The notes beneath the pieces are model-generated. The model saw nothing but the letters and a program-made list of their open reading frames with translations. It was not told where the DNA came from and did no database searches. The translations under genes and the position numbers were made by a program. A DNA stretch of 61,243 nt, the filler included, from Jimgerdemannia flammicorona (Eukaryota): NCBI GenBank assembly GCA_003990765.1. It is 3 parts of 3 records of this genome, joined end to end, with 100 filler letters (N's around TTAATTAATTAA, not from the genome) between each part and the next. Parts side by side here need not be neighbours in the genome. Positions count along the whole stretch, not along the records: positions 1 to 20,349 come from RBNJ01001702.1; 2 more parts are not named here. One strand, given 5' to 3'. This document shows positions 1-14,439 of this stretch, piece after piece. How positions within the stretch are numbered: position 1 is the first letter of the stretch; each line of letters begins with the position of its first letter.

Positions 1-1088
1 CCTACCCCTTCTCTGTGAAAGACCACTTTGTCGAACACTATCCCCACCCTCCCACCACTCTGCTCACAGATCTTCACCACCAAACCATAATGTTGTCCTC
101 TCTGAGGACTCCAACCCACCCACCATCCAGTCAGCAGATCCCCCACCAGCTCCTCCCACCTTAACACCTTCTTATCCAGCCCCAACCACTGCCCCTCCTC
201 AAATATAAAAAGCCAATGGCCCACCAATCCCACCCACACTATTAACATCCATCCTACAGTGAGCCAACTATCCCCCACCCCACCTATAAGCCGAGATCTT
301 AAGTCCTCCCAGCAACCCCCCTCCCCCACCCACTGATGTCCCACACCCAGTCTATCCCCTATCTCAGCCCAAAATTCCCCCAAGACCTCACACTCTCCCA
401 GCCAATGTTCCGGCATCTATACATGACCCCCAGCCTGCCCAACATCACAACACTCCTCGCAGTCAAATTGTCCACCCTCCACTAAATGCCCCAAGTGGAA
501 ATTCAGCATGATATTTCTCTGCAACATTTGCCACCATACCACCCAGAACTTGGGAGGAAGCCACCTCCATACCTCAGCACTCCAAGATCAGATGCCTGCC
601 CAGTCCCACTCCTTTCCAATTCCAACCGCCTGCCAGCTACTCAGCCAAAGGTCCCGGCCAAGCCCCTGCTGACACTCCACTCCCTCCCCAATATCAAATG
701 CAGCCAGTGGAGTACCCCCCAGGAGCAGTCTATCCCAATGCCACATATTAGGCCCCCACGCCGCTTTCCCCTTGTTACCTTGCCATTGCAGGCCAATTCG
801 GTGTGCTCCATCGGCCACTCCCCACCAAAAGCCCTTGAACTGCAGCCTCTGAACTCCATTCAGCCCCACCAAAGAGAGCAGATCTCCAGAGGACCCTCAG
901 GGGGATGTCCGCATCTCCTATACCTTCTGCAGCAGAGGCACCCAACCTCCGCCCTGCAATTCCACAGCTCTCTTCAACCACCAGGCTCTCAAGCAGCACA
1001 GCCTCTTAGGGAAATCCACCAGGCCAAGACCTCCCCTGACTACCAGTCTCGCAAGAGTATTCCAACTGACCTGGGACCTCCTCCCCAC

Positions 1089-2330
1089 TCAAATCCAATC
1101 CCTAGCCACCTTCATTAGCTTCTTCACCACCCATGCTGGGAAGTCGAGGTGATATACCACATACCATAGCTTCGGGAACCAATATATGTTCAGGATCGAC
1201 ACCTGCTCTGCTAGAGAGATATGGCGGCCTCCCCATCCTTGAAGGGCCTCCCCCCAACTATTCACCCTGCCCTCCCACCACACTTGTGGCAAGACAGAAC
1301 CATATACAGAGAGGAAGATGCCCAGATATCGCACCATCTCACTAGTAGGGACAATTGTTCCAATAACATCCCCACCCACTAGCCCATTCCCTAGCACCAT
1401 TGTCTCACACTTATGCCAGTTGAGTTTCGCCCCTGAGTGAGCCTCATACCATTCCACAGTCTCCTGAAGTGCCTCTACATCCGCCACAGACCCAAGTCCA
1501 ACCACCATATCATCAGCAAAGGCCCCCACCTTCCACACTATTCTATATATAGAGAGCCCTACTACCTTCTGGCGAATCCTATCCATCAATGGCTCCAGAG
1601 ATAGGGCATAGAGAATCAGGGATAGAGGGTCCCCCTGAGGTACCCCTCTTCCCAAGGGAAATGCCCTCCCATGGTGACCATTATACATCAGAGCTGCCCA
1701 ACTACTTTCCAGCAAACTCAACATAGAGGCCCGAAATGTTGGGGGAACACCAATTTGGTCCAATACCTTTCCCAGCCACACCCGCCATACATGGTCATAG
1801 GCCTTCTCCTGGTCCAGAAAGACCAACCTTCCATCCAGTCCACAGGCCCGGGCCCCTTCAATGACACCATGAACCCATACAGTCCCATCTCTTATTAGCC
1901 TGCCCCCAACAAAGCCCCTTTGCTCTTCCTCCAGCACCTGTTGGGCAATCTTCTGCAGCCTTGTGACAATCACCTTAGTCACCATCTTCCTGTCTATATC
2001 CAGAAGCATGATCAGCCTCCAGTTCTTCCAGTCTTCCCTCCTTTCCTTGTCTTTGTACAGTAAGGCCACCAGTCCCAGATCCTGCTCTCCAACCCACTCA
2101 CTACTCTGAAGGATATGGTCACAAAGATCAGCCATCTCGCCCAATACTCTGGGGACATTTACTATCTTCTTCCAGAAGTCCCAAGGCAATCCATCCTCCC
2201 CTGGTGTCATCCCAAGCTTAGTTGCTACCAGGACACTCTGGATCTCCTCCCCCTGCACTGGTAAGATCAAGTCCCTCAGTCCAGCAACCTGCAGTGGCCC
2301 CCACTCCTCTAGTGTATTCACAATTTCCAT
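1089..2330 (-). pseudogene. LINE ORF2 reverse transcriptase domain
   Basis: 413-aa ORF with QRGFVGGRLI, FLDQEKAYDHV, RGVPQGDPLSL, AFADDMVV, VRYLGI. Confidence 0.95.
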
Positions 2331-2714
2331 CTCATCTGCACCCCCTTCTCCCTCACTCTACAAACCCTGCCATCTCTCCTTCAAGACCCCCAGGATTTGT
2401 TGCATGCTATGAACCATATCCCCATCAGCATCCAGGACTCCATCCCACCAATGACACACTCTCCTAGCTTTGAGAAGTCTCAATAAGTACCTAGTAGACT
2501 GCTCACCCTCCTCAAGCCCCTGCCACTACAGCCTAGCAGCCATGCCCTACATATGGGTCTCCACCTCTTCCCTCAGCACCTGTTGTAGTTCCACTATCTC
2601 CAATTTCGCCCTCTCTATCCTCCAATCCTCCACCCCTACAACAGTGAGCAGATCCACCCAATCCATTTGTAGTCTCCTCAGCCTGCTGGAAGCACACCTC
2701 ATGTGCCTCCTTCT

Positions 2715-3629
2715 CTACCTCCCAGCCTCTCTACCAGCCTCTCCCCAATAAACCCTTGCAGTCTCTTTCAACCTCATCCAGCGGACAGCTACAGGCAAAC
2801 CCTCATGCTTCCAGATAAAAACTTTTGCCTGAATGTCCTCCACCCGCAGTTCCCACAGCCCCTTCTCAGCCAGCAGGGAGGAGTTAAGGTGCCAATGTCC
2901 GGGTCCATCTCCACTCCCCCCAAACTGCCCCTGCCCCAACAGTCCCCAGTGATCAGACCATAGGCACCACTCTACTTCCAATGTCTTCTAAACATCCAAA
3001 CCCCAGCACTCTGCCATCAGAATTCAGTCAATCCTTGTGCCCAGGCCATTTACCCAATGCGTGTAAACTCTGGTGTCACCCCACCTTGTTCTGCCCATAT
3101 CCCCCAAGGAGCTCAATGTCTCCACCTTCTCCCATGCATCCAGACCTCCACTTCTACCCCTGACACGCCTCCCTCCATCAGTTCTGTCCAGACACTGATC
3201 CTGAACCATATTAAAGTCCCCACCGAGAACATCAACCCCTTCCTCCAAGAGAATACCCTCCTCCAGCAATCCCCTAATCTATGCAATCCTCTCACCCCTA
3301 GCCACAGGGCAGTAGCAAGAGCCCACCTTCACTGATTCCCACCCTGGCCGATGCCAATCTCCCCAGACCAAGCAATCACCCCAGCTCCTGATTCTCCCCA
3401 AGTCTCTTCTGCCCTTTCTTACCAGAATTGCTACCTTTCCAAACCAAGCAGCAGCCCCCCCCCACTCCCTAGTCCACTCTGCCCGATTGTCCTCATCCTC
3501 ACATCGAACATCCTGCAATAAAAAGAGATCAGCCTCCAATCTCTTGAGCCAAGTAAAAATGTTCCTATGCTGCCCAGATCCCCTTAGCCCATTCACATTC
3601 AAGGAAAAAATGTTGGTTGTACTGTTCAT
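2715..3629 (-). pseudogene. LINE ORF2 apurinic endonuclease domain
   Basis: MNSTTNIFSLNVNGLR...LLQDVR, VLGGDFNMV, YTHW...TRID, WSDH motifs. Confidence 0.9.
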
Positions 3630-3661
3630 AAAGAATAATGATATATATCTAAGCCTATCTT

Positions 3662-5717
3662 CTAAAAGTCAGCATCCTGCCTCTCCTGCACCAAGTCCAA
3701 GTTAAGTTCAGCAGCCAGTTCCCTCTCCCCAGCTTCCCGTGCCTCCAACTCTCCCAGAAGTTCTACCATTGCCCCATCCTCACACTCCTCAAAATCCTTG
3801 CGATACTCCAGACTGGTCTTCTGCCAGAGCTGCAGACCCTGATGCTCCACCCAACAATAGTCTGCCTGCTCAGCAGTGACCACCCCCAGCTCTGCCTTCC
3901 TCATCTCATCAACCTCATATCCCTCCTCCTCTAGCAAAATTGCCAGAATCTCCACCTTCAGTGCCTCCATCATTCCATCCCCATGCAGGATCCTTGCCCA
4001 ATGCTCCTCAGGCATCGCCTGCAGGTCTACCTCCCCCAATGCTTCTGCTGTGAGGTTATCCATCACCTTGCGTACCCATAATAAGTTCCCCACCTCCTTC
4101 TCTCCTGGAGTCCCCAGTCACCCTGCATCCAACATTATGGTGTCAGCACCTATACTAGCAGTCTCATCCCACTCCTCCCCAGGGACATCCACCAGCTCAT
4201 CCTCGCCAACTGCCACCACCTGACCCCCTTGAGCCACATCTGAGACCCCAAAGTACACCTGCTGGGCCCCCTGCATCCGTGTATCCTCCGTCCTCCCTCT
4301 CTTCCCCACTGGGCCCCTCCTGATAAGTGGGGGGGGGGGTGGCATCCAACTCCAGCTCCCACACTTCAAAGGTACTATCAGCAAATGGGTCCTTGTCCAG
4401 CCCCTTCCCAGCCCCTGCCTCCTTCACTTCTACCTCCTCTCCTCCTTTACCAGCTCAGACACTGGCCTCAGCACCTCCAGACTCCTCAGCTTCACCCAAC
4501 TTCTTCTTCCCCCCACCTGTCATACTCACCAACAGCTCCTTCTGCCTCTTGTGTCCCTGGACCCACTCCCACTGCTTCTTATCCATATGGATATGTCTCC
4601 CGCCCACAACCTCCAGATGCATCAATTCCTCGTACAGTTTTCAGGCCTTCGCCCTCCTCTCCACAGCACCACCCAACTCCTCCAGCGCCTCCAACAAGTC
4701 CTCCTCCTCCTCTTCGCTCCCCTTCACCCTTGACACCTTGCAGATGATGGCCCCCCACATCAGCACTGAGGGCCAGTCACTCATCTTCCCTGTGGCCTCC
4801 TTCCCTGCCAACCGAATCCTGATATTGATGTCGCCCATCCGGATAGTTGTCCCCTCCCACAACTGAAATCCAATGTCCACCACGTCTCTATACTCTATCA
4901 TCACCTCCTCTACCCTCCTCCTAGTCTCCTCCTTAGTCACTGTGGGCACCCCCCTCACCAGAAGCTGCACCACCCTAGAGTCCCACCTCAAGCACCTTAC
5001 CATGGGGACCACCACCTCTCCAACCACCACTCCTGTCTTCATGGCCTCGTCCAGTAGGCCTGCCTCCTCAAAGCCCACCTCAACCCCCTCCATGCTCTTC
5101 AAGAACTTCATCAAGGCCGCACCAGCCACCTGCCTTGAGATAAGCCCCAGGACCATCCTTGCCATCACTACCAAGCTCTGGAAGCACAAGGTAGCCGTGA
5201 ACTCTGAGATTGACTTCTTGAGCAATGGGGCCACCGCCAGTCCCGTTACACCATCAGGCAGGTCCCCCTTCCACATCGGGAGCCCCTGCCCCCCCTGGCC
5301 ATCAGCCATCATATCTCTTTTTTTTTCCTGATTCACCGTAACACTACCATCAGCAGTCCTGCCACTACTCCCAGCCACTACTCCACTCCCTCCACCTCCC
5401 ACCAGCAAAGGCCTGGCTCCCCCAGCATTGTCAACCTTCTGCTTCCCCTTTCCTCCTGCCTGTCCACTGTGGGCACCCCTCGGCCAACCCCCAGCCTTAA
5501 GTGCATCTGCAAAGCTCCCTCCCTGCTGCCCTCCAGCCCCCCCACCAGTGTCTCCTCTACTCCCCAAGCTGCCCAGTTCACTCAATTCACTGAAAGACCC
5601 CATCCCCAGTCCATACCCTCTCCTGACATGCTGCCAGTTAAAGGCCCCAGGTCTACCCGACCTAGGATATGCATCGGCTTGCTTGCTGGTTGACATCTCC
5701 TTAATATCTTTCTCCAA
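3662..5717 (-). pseudogene. LINE ORF1 (gag-like), fragmented
   Basis: ORF pieces 4641-5717, 4118-4427 and 3662-4093 lie directly upstream of the endonuclease start. Assignment is by position only. Confidence 0.7.
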
Positions 5718-6721
5718 TAAACGATTTGAAAGTGTGTTGTAAAGTGCATGTAACGTGAATTGTAGCAGAGAGAGATGATCTTATTAATTATCTCAAGCTA
5801 TTTCAGATATATTTTCTTGTACTCTCTTTTATTAAAAGTTCTTAATAAGGTATCAGGCCAGATAATATAATTCAGCTATAATTATATAAAGAGATAAGTA
5901 TATGCTAAATAAGAATATACTAGAAAATATAAATCTATGAACTTGAAAATATATTTACAAACATATAAATAATAACAACTATATGGTAGTTAATATTTTC
6001 ATCTTTTTGAAATATGTTTATAAACTAAGATTTCCATTTGAAGAATATGAAATAGAGTAGTTATTTTATATAGTTGCTATAGAATAGCTTACTGAGCTCA
6101 CCCTTATCATCCTTCTGATAAATGAAATTATTCTGGACTTGCAAATATTGAACTGCTTGTTGGCAAGTATGAGTAAGATCTTTTGGAGCTATAGATTTTA
6201 ACTGATTTATATTAGAGAGGATTTGATTAAACTTTTTATTAAAGACTTTACAAATGTGGGAATAGTGGATTAAAATTTGATAGTGTAGCTATTTTTTTAA
6301 TAAAAATAAAAATAGTTAAGTTCATAAACTGCCAAATAAATATATGAACAGAATGTAAATAAAACTCACTATAGTATAAATTGAACCATCACTATCTTTA
6401 ATCTTTAAGCCAATATTTTTTAAAATTTTAACAATAATATTTGTTTTTAGATTACTGTTATACTTTGGAAAAAGATCTTTAAGAAAAATATATTGAAGAA
6501 GCATATCTACTGCAAGCTTTCAGATCACTTCATTAATCTTATATTTCTAGCAGAGATTGCTGATACTCATAAATCTGCTAAATTATGATATAAAAATTCA
6601 ATTTATATTCATAAATAAGCTATAATATATAAATTATAATTCATGAACTCATTACCAAAAACAACTTATCTATTTCTTTTCTTGTTTTACTTAACTATCT
6701 ATCCTCTACATTATTATTCTA

Positions 6722-6835
6722 AAGCATCTCATTATCTGGAAGCACCTCATCATCTGGAAGTACCTTATCATCTAGAAGTATCTTATCATTTGAAAGTACC
6801 TTACTATATGGAAATATCTGATCATTCTGAATTAT
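6722..6835. repeat. 21-bp tandem repeat, about 5 degenerate units
   Basis: AAGCATCTCATTATCTGG / AAGCACCTCATCATCTGG / AAGTACCTTATCATCTAG...; reads as HLEVPY-like heptads. Confidence 0.8.
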
Positions 6836-7272
6836 AAGCTTGTATCATTCATCATCCTCTTCTCTACTCCTGCCTTATTTATCCTCATTCTGTTTATCTT
6901 GATCTTGTATAGTTTTCTACCATTTGGCTGCTCTCTTGTCTGAGTATAATATACTTTCATAGTCTAGTATAGTCTGTCTATGGTCTACTCCTTAGTTTCA
7001 TATACTTTCATAGTCTGATGCAGTCTATCTGTAGTCTGCTGCTTCTTGGTTTCATAAAACTATTGTGATTTTTTCATAGCTTAGTATATATTATTTATAA
7101 CTTAATATTTACTATTTATACTAAAGCATATTTTGTTTATCTTAGAATATGATCTGTTATCTTTAGATATAAAGAGATTGTAGTAGGGGGAGGGATAAGA
7201 AAGATATAATTCTTCTAGATGAAGATCTCTTTTTATATCTATAATATTTATAATTGATATATATATATATAT

Positions 7273-7739
7273 TGTGATGGTATAGCCAGATTCGGAAGAA
7301 GGAAATAGAGAATAGACACTTGATTGCACCCAGTCCCAAAGTAGTATAGCCACATAGTTAACAGTCCTCGATTTTGCAACTTGCTAAATATTTCACAAAG
7401 TGCAAGATTGAGCTCCCCGATATAGTATAGCATTTCGCAACTTGCTAAATATTTCGCAAAGTGTTAAATGACTCATAACTTAGCCATATAACCCAGTAAC
7501 TATCTCATAGCTAGCAAACTTGTATAAATAACCCAGTATCTTCAAGTGAATAAACCTCAGATCGAAATAGTTCAAAGCAAAGAGATAGCAAAGGAACTAG
7601 TAAGCCTGTGGGCAGATACACTTCGAACTCACCCACCCTCCCCTGCAACTTCAAGAGACTCTGCAAGAGTCAGAACAATCAAGTTTTCAAGATACAGAAA
7701 TCCGACATACTTTCAAGAGTAAGCGTCCACTATGTTACA
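7273..7739 (+). mobile_element. Solo LTR of the Gypsy family at 52960-57500
   Basis: TG...CA ends inside a (TA)n tract (ATAT on both sides). Its 3' half aligns with 53180-53416 (GCTAGCAAACTT.TATAAATA, GTGAATAAA.CTCAGAT, AAGATACAGAAATC.GACATACTT). Confidence 0.8.
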
Positions 7740-7834
7740 ATATATAGATATCAGAAAGTCTAATAAGTGAGCTTACTTATATTTATATAATATAATGACA
7801 TAATGAGTTTAGTTAATATAATGATTTATATAAG

Positions 7835-7970
7835 CATAAGTACATTAAGTAAGTATATTAAGAAAATATAAGTATATTAAGTAAGTATAAGTATATTAAG
7901 CAAGTACAAGTATATTAAGCAAGTGCAAATATATTAAGTAAGTACAAGTAAATTACATAAGTACAAAAGT
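7835..7970. repeat. ~19-bp tandem repeat (AAGTATATTAAGYAAGTAC)
   Basis: About 6 visible degenerate units. Confidence 0.7.
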
Positions 7971-8799
7971 ATAAAGTCAATCAGATAAAGAATTCTATTT
8001 TAGGCCAGCATATTTCATAATTATGAACTTACTAATAAACTTACTATTAAAATTTACAAACTCAAAATATTATACTTCAAATTCTTCTCTATTTTTCAAA
8101 TGTAATATAAATATAAAGCTTTCTTATTCATACTATGTATAACCTAAAGTACAAATCTATCTCAGGATTGACTCAATATATCTGTAAGATGCATGATATA
8201 CTTATATGATATCAGAATGATAAGTCAATCCTTGAATTTCTAGTTTATCAAAATTTGGTAACTTTAATAATATACTACTATTGTTTATAAATTTATCCAT
8301 AGTTCATAAGTTAATCTTGAATTCTATATATATTTTAAGTTCAAGTAATCTATATAAATAAACTTGAAAGATTTTAAATAATTATGCTAAGTATATATAT
8401 AATTCAAGATAACATCAACAGTAATAGTTTATTTTCAATTCAAGAAAAGAAAAACCCATCATTTAATAAAAATGACAATTCAAATTATGAGAAAATATAA
8501 TTGTTCAGAGAGATTAACAATTTTATTCAAGATTAGAGAAGCCTATCTACTATATTGGAGTTTGGTGAGGATCATATTACCTACAAACCAACTAGTAGTC
8601 AGATTATTAATAGCAAGAAAGTACTTATATAGTATAATGAATTTATTTCAAAACTTAGATAGATATTTACAACTAATATAAATAATTCTTAATATATTGA
8701 AAGAATGATAGAGAAATTTAGCTCATAAATCTATTATTTCAAAGTAGAAATATATTTTGAAAGATTGCAGATAAACTTCTTAATATATTTGCAGATAGA

Positions 8800-10950
8800 A
8801 GAATTTCAATAACAAATGAGCCCCTCTGGTTCCCAAACTCAAGAGAGATAATAAAACTTTTAGATATAGTAGCTGAAAATAGAGTAGTCTATAATTAAAC
8901 AGTTAATATTCCTGTTAAATAGATGAATATTCAGTAATTCTCTTTTTCAAATCAGCCCTTCAGTTGTAAAGTTTTTAATATTACTTATATATCTAAAACT
9001 TAGATTAATGAATATATGCTGTTCTATCAAGATCTACTTACTGTTCTATACAAACTAATATCAAATGCTTTATTCAAAGATAATATGAAATTTAAAGTAG
9101 AGAAACACTATACTGCAGATAGTATATGAAAGAACTCTAAGATAAATTGGAGTAATTTTATTAGCAAATATAGGTAAAATAATAATTAATTTTAAGTTCA
9201 CAGGTAATTAGTTAGTATACTCACTATTTGTAAACTATAATTCTTTTTTCAAACTATAGAAGAAACTTCCACTTAGTGTAATAGTAATTCCAGTATTATT
9301 TGAAATTGATCAAATATATTATAATCTGCTTAGATATATCAAAATATATCTACTCTATATATCTATTAGTAATTCCTCTAAATGTATTTGGTTAATATAC
9401 TCATAAAATTCATTTCCAGTAATTGCATACATATTTCTGATTATTGAAGAGACTCTCAAGGAGACCAAAAAAGACTCCTTCAATAAAGCAAAAGCAGTTC
9501 TATAGCATAGATATATATTATGAGTACTTTGCAGACTATCTGTAGTAGAAAAAAGATAATATTTATAATTGTAAAATTATTTTGATAAAAATTTAATTTG
9601 ATAGCTAATCATGAATATATTTTGTAATAATATTATTATATATAGGTCAGATGGTAAACTTCATAATTGCTATTCAGTAGTTATGCCCTTTATGGTCAAT
9701 TATTCAGAGATATATTTGATCTATCTGATCTATATAAATCAGTCTGCACAAAATATATAGCCCCTTACTTGCAATTTTTATATCTTGATAAGATATATTC
9801 TCTATAAATAGTTTCTGAGATATAGGGAGTATTTGTAAATATACAGATTTATAATTCAAAAGATAAATATAAAATAGCTGAGAGAGTCTTCAAGAGTATA
9901 AATTGTGAGAACTAACTATATATATTAATTTTACTTGTTTTTGAATAAATATTTTTTACTAAAAATTATATCATCTATCAACCAAACTCTAGAATATATT
10001 ATGAAAACTATCTCTTACAAATATTTATTCAATAATTATATCTGATATACTTCATTAAGTAAAAAATAATATCCTGAAATACTTAGTTAATCTAACGCTT
10101 AATCTTATTAAAAGTTCATTTGATATATATATAGCAAATCTGCTTATACTAGAGCTAGATCTCTGTATTTAGCTTATTTCTCAATATTCTAGACTCAAAA
10201 AATTCTCTACTGAAATTTCAAAATTTAGTTAAATAACTATAGCCAAATATTAATAACTAATATATGTGAGTATTATATATATTATAGTAAGTTCATAAAC
10301 TGTTTATTAACTCTTTAACTAAAAAAAAAAAAAATTCTTTTAAAAGATATTTCTCCTATATGAGAGAGATTTTCAAATTATTTAATATTGTTAAATATTT
10401 CACAATATTCATTAAGTGGTACTTTTATGTCTAGACTGAAAAAACACTAATAGATCAAGATATACTATTACCTCAATTCAATAAACTAAAAGTAAAGTTT
10501 GTAGAGATCTTACTAAGTTCACTGAACTTTGAAAAACTCTACTCTCTATAGCATATTTCTGAGTTAACTTAAATATTTAGTATATTAGATAATGCTGATA
10601 TAGAGATAACTGAACATTAATATTATATAGAAGTTAAAATATCATATTGATAAATAAACAAATATGATTCTCTTCTCCAAGTTATCAAGTTTATAGAGTG
10701 CTAAATAGTACTTAAGGCTAAACTTAATTATATTATAGCCAGCAAGTTCATAGATATCTTAAGCTCACCAATAACTAAGAAATACTGATACATACTAGTA
10801 TCTCTGAAAATATACTCCATATTGATGAAGTTTCAAAATTGTTTGGGCTATATGACCTTGAACTTATCACTTAGATCTTTTTTCATAATCTCTAGTTTAC
10901 ATCTAGAAATAGATATTATCATTGAGTGAATAGGAAGAATCTTTCCAAAC
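8800..10950 (+). mobile_element. Plavaka-type transposase remnant, heavily mutated, with introns; boundaries approximate
   Basis: YQDLLTVLYKLISNALFKDNMKFKVEKHYTADS...INWSNF (~9025-9160) and LPLSVIVIPVLFEIDQ...LLYISISN (~9265-9375). These match Plavaka YRD..L..P.F...ERHY..E.W and LP.GATVIPV...SD.T...PLY.SIGN once C-to-T/G-to-A changes are reverted. Confidence 0.65.
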
Positions 10951-11811
10951 TTTTAAATCTAACAGTAAGTTATTTATACTAAGTTAGTCTGTGAACTTTT
11001 TTTCAATATTTCTAATATCTCTCTTTAATTTCTATAGATTAATATCTTTACTACTTTATCAATTAGAGTTCATAATCTATTTGCAGATATAAAATTAGAT
11101 TTAGCTATATTTTACCAACTTGTCTACTATAAGTGATAGTTTTACAGAAGTCTATAATATGACTAAGTAGTATTATATAATCTCACAAACAAACAGTTTG
11201 AGATAAGATAAGATATAGATAAATATATTTTTGCTTATTCACCTTCTCTTCAAAATTGAGTAAGATTACTAAGTTTATTGACTTGTATACTTAGAGTAAT
11301 ACAATATAGTAGATATTGAGGTTAGTACTCCTAACAAATCAAATTGAATCAAATTTGACCCTAATTCAATTTGATTTGATTCAAATCAAATCAAAGGTCC
11401 AATTTGATTCAAATCTAAATATAGTAGTAATTCACACATATAGTTTAATATACAACAATACTCTCTCAAAGTAATCAAGTATATTTGATATACTTTTGAT
11501 ACTACTATCTATAGAGGATACTATGGTATGTAATAGCTTTAGTGTCAGATGTAAGTATAGCTATAACAAGTATAGTCTCATCATGGGTCTCATCATAGTC
11601 TGAGAAAGAAAAAGAATACTCTGATATTTAGAAAGGAACATATAGAAAATGGAGATATTCAAATCTAATATAATCACTATAAAGTATTATATAAGACTAT
11701 TGGTAGTTCAACAACAAATTTGTGGACACATTTTAATAAGTATCATAAGAGTCATCAAGGAGGAGGAGAGATAGAGTTATTTTTTTCATAAGTATGTTTT
11801 TTATATAACTT

Positions 11812-11862
<51 letters not shown>

Positions 11863-13310
11863 TAATTTATTATTACTTTAAAATATTCAAAATAGCCAAA
11901 ATTTTCCATACTATTATTTTGAGAAAAGCTTGTTTGCTGGATTATTAGTAACAGTCAGCCTTTTATAGTTGTTGAGAATTTAGAGTTGAAAGATCTTTTT
12001 TCCCTTTTGAAATCAGATATTATTATACCTTCTACTGGAACTATATGAAATAAAATTAAACTGGACTTTCAACAGAAGTGTAATACCATCAAAATTATGC
12101 TATAGGTAAGATCTAATATTTTGACATTGAATATTAATTCAAATATTTCCAAGTTAAATATTTATTTGAATTAATCTTATTATATTCAAAAATAGAATGT
12201 ATGAGATCAAATATCCTTCACTGTTGATATATAGATATCTCCAAATATACATGTATTTCTTGGAATTAATATACATTAGATCTGTCAGAATTGATAACTC
12301 AACTGTATGCTGATTGATTTTGTCAAGCTATTAAGATCTCATTTAGGTGAAAATCTTGCTGATACCTTTGGAAGATATGTTTGAGATTTTGGCATATAGA
12401 CAAAGATATGTAGATCATATTTTGAAAAGATAAAAAAAAAAAAAAAGTCAGAATAGTTAGGATTTTTGAAAAAGGTCAGAATTTTTGACAAAGGTTGGAA
12501 TTTTTGAAAAAGGTCAGAATTTTCGAAAACTTATATTTCAAATTATTGATCTTTTACTCTAGATATTAGCTATAATAATAGATAATGCATTCAATAACAA
12601 TACATTTTTTTAAGTAAATAGAATGGAGTTTGATACTGGCCTTTATCAGCTAATACAATATGTTCACTGCCTGGCTCATATTATTAATCTGGCTACTTAG
12701 GCCTTTTTAGTTTATATGAAGGCTGATGATAATGGAGAACTAACTTCAAAACTCTGGATAAGTATTATCAAGATCCAGTCATCACCATAACATCTTGATT
12801 AATTTAAAGTACAATATAAAGCTTTTGGAATCAGCAATCTAAAAGAACTTATTCTGGATATTAAGACTCAGTAGAATTTGATATATTTTATAATTGAATA
12901 GGCCTTAGAATTATTAGAGTTATGTATGAACATAGATCAAACTACAGCAAAGTCCCTGAGGCAGAAGGAGCCTAGAATAGTCTGTTTCAGTATATATAGT
13001 ATAGTTTTAGCTAGGGCTTCAGTCCATTTTAGTTTACCCCAACCATAGTATACTTAGTTAGTACAATTCAGGGATGCCTTTATTTGCTGCAGGGCAGACA
13101 CCCCACCCCTCATTATCTAGCTAAAAAATAGGCTAAATAATAGTTTAGCATTAGTACTTCACATAGCATTAGTCTCTAGTAGTAGCTCCTAAGCTGTTTT
13201 CATATATACATATACTCTCTACTTACCATTCTCAAGGTATTTAGCCAGCACCTATACTGGCTCCATCTTATATATGCTCACTAATCCTGAATACAGCTAG
13301 CTTATATGTA

Positions 13311-14420
13311 TTGTGGAAGAAGCATCTCATCACACTCTACTATAAATATGAGTTACCCACTGATGGTACTAAAAATATGTTGATTATATGGCTTAAAGAC
13401 TCTCATCTGTTATTTATTCTGGTGCCTCAGGTTGGTTCACCTATAGATGATACATTAATTGAGTGTCCTCTCTCCACTATCATAGCATGCCTCACAGGCA
13501 ACCCTCCCTCAGTCCCAACACCCACACCTCTAGCCTTCTCCTCCATGGTATCATTCAGCCTGGCTCTAGATGGTCTAAACTCTATTATCTCACTTCCAGC
13601 CCTTTCTCTTGGCCCACAGGTCTCTGCCATGCTAGTGCCATATGGTGAGTCTCAGTCATCTTTCATTTCTGATATGGTTTTACAATATGACTGAGTACTG
13701 GCAGATCTTCTGGCCTCTCTTGATGCAGGAGATTATCAAATCCTAGCTAAATGAACAGGCTCTGTACTACTCTCACAGGTCAATACCAAGTAGAAAATAG
13801 ATAACTCTCTGTCCAATCACAATCTCAACTTCCCCTTCTGGCTTGAGGTCTTCTTCAATATTCACAGTATACTGCTGGCCCTTGGGACCATGAAGTCTGC
13901 AACCCACATGGCATATACAGCCCACCTCTTAGCCTATATCATCTTTATCATTAAAGCCATTAATGACCACTATGACTGGGCTGCACTACAGCATTTTGAC
14001 TGCCAGGTCCATACCTTGAAGGCTTCCTTCCCAGAGCTGGACATTGGCAATCTAGAGGCAGTGTGGTATATCTTTGAGACAGTCATCTGTAAACTGGCAT
14101 CTACCCCAGTAGTATATCAATTGAACTGCTGTATCAATTCTGCTACCTTGTCCACCAGCTCCAAAAACTTGTCCACACAATCTCTTCTATACTTTTGGTG
14201 TGGGGTGTAGAGATATTCATCTATTTTCTGCACCCAAGTACCTCTCCAATGCCTGGCATTTCCCACCAAACCAGACAACCCCTTATCCTATGATGATATC
14301 CCCAGCTCCATCTGCTGGAACTTCAATAGCTACAGCTATCACAGCAACTGTGGCAGATCCCACATCTGCATTTTCTACTATGAGCCCTACACAGCCATAG
14401 CATATCCTGCTTGCTGTGGC
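13311..14420 (+). pseudogene. Ngaro ORF1 (gag-like) with SAP/HeH-like N-terminus and Cys/His finger C-terminus
   Basis: KKHLITLYYKYELPTDGTKNMLIIWLK (SAP-like) and ICWNFN...NCGRSHICIF (finger). Confidence 0.65.
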
Positions 14421-14439
14421 TAATTTGGCTATCCCTCTG

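Larger units (their letters stand above)
1..5775 (-). mobile_element. Non-LTR retrotransposon, L1/Tx1-like LINE, near full length, decayed; 3' end runs off the window
   Basis: Minus strand carries ORF1 (5717 to ~3662), then ORF2 with APE endonuclease (SLNVNGL, LLQD, GGDFN, TRID, SDH) and RT (PGEDGL, NWRLIMLL, DQEKAYD, GVPQGDPLS, AFADD, YLG). Stops are mostly TGA/TAG/TAA of C-to-T type. Confidence 0.93.

Noticed and set aside
486..5742. Many plus-strand P/S-rich ORFs
   Set aside because: Antisense shadows of the G-rich minus-strand LINE.
5800..6640. Possible decayed coding remnant on the minus strand (MULE- or Helitron-like guess)
   Set aside because: No diagnostic motif could be recovered; too mutated to call.
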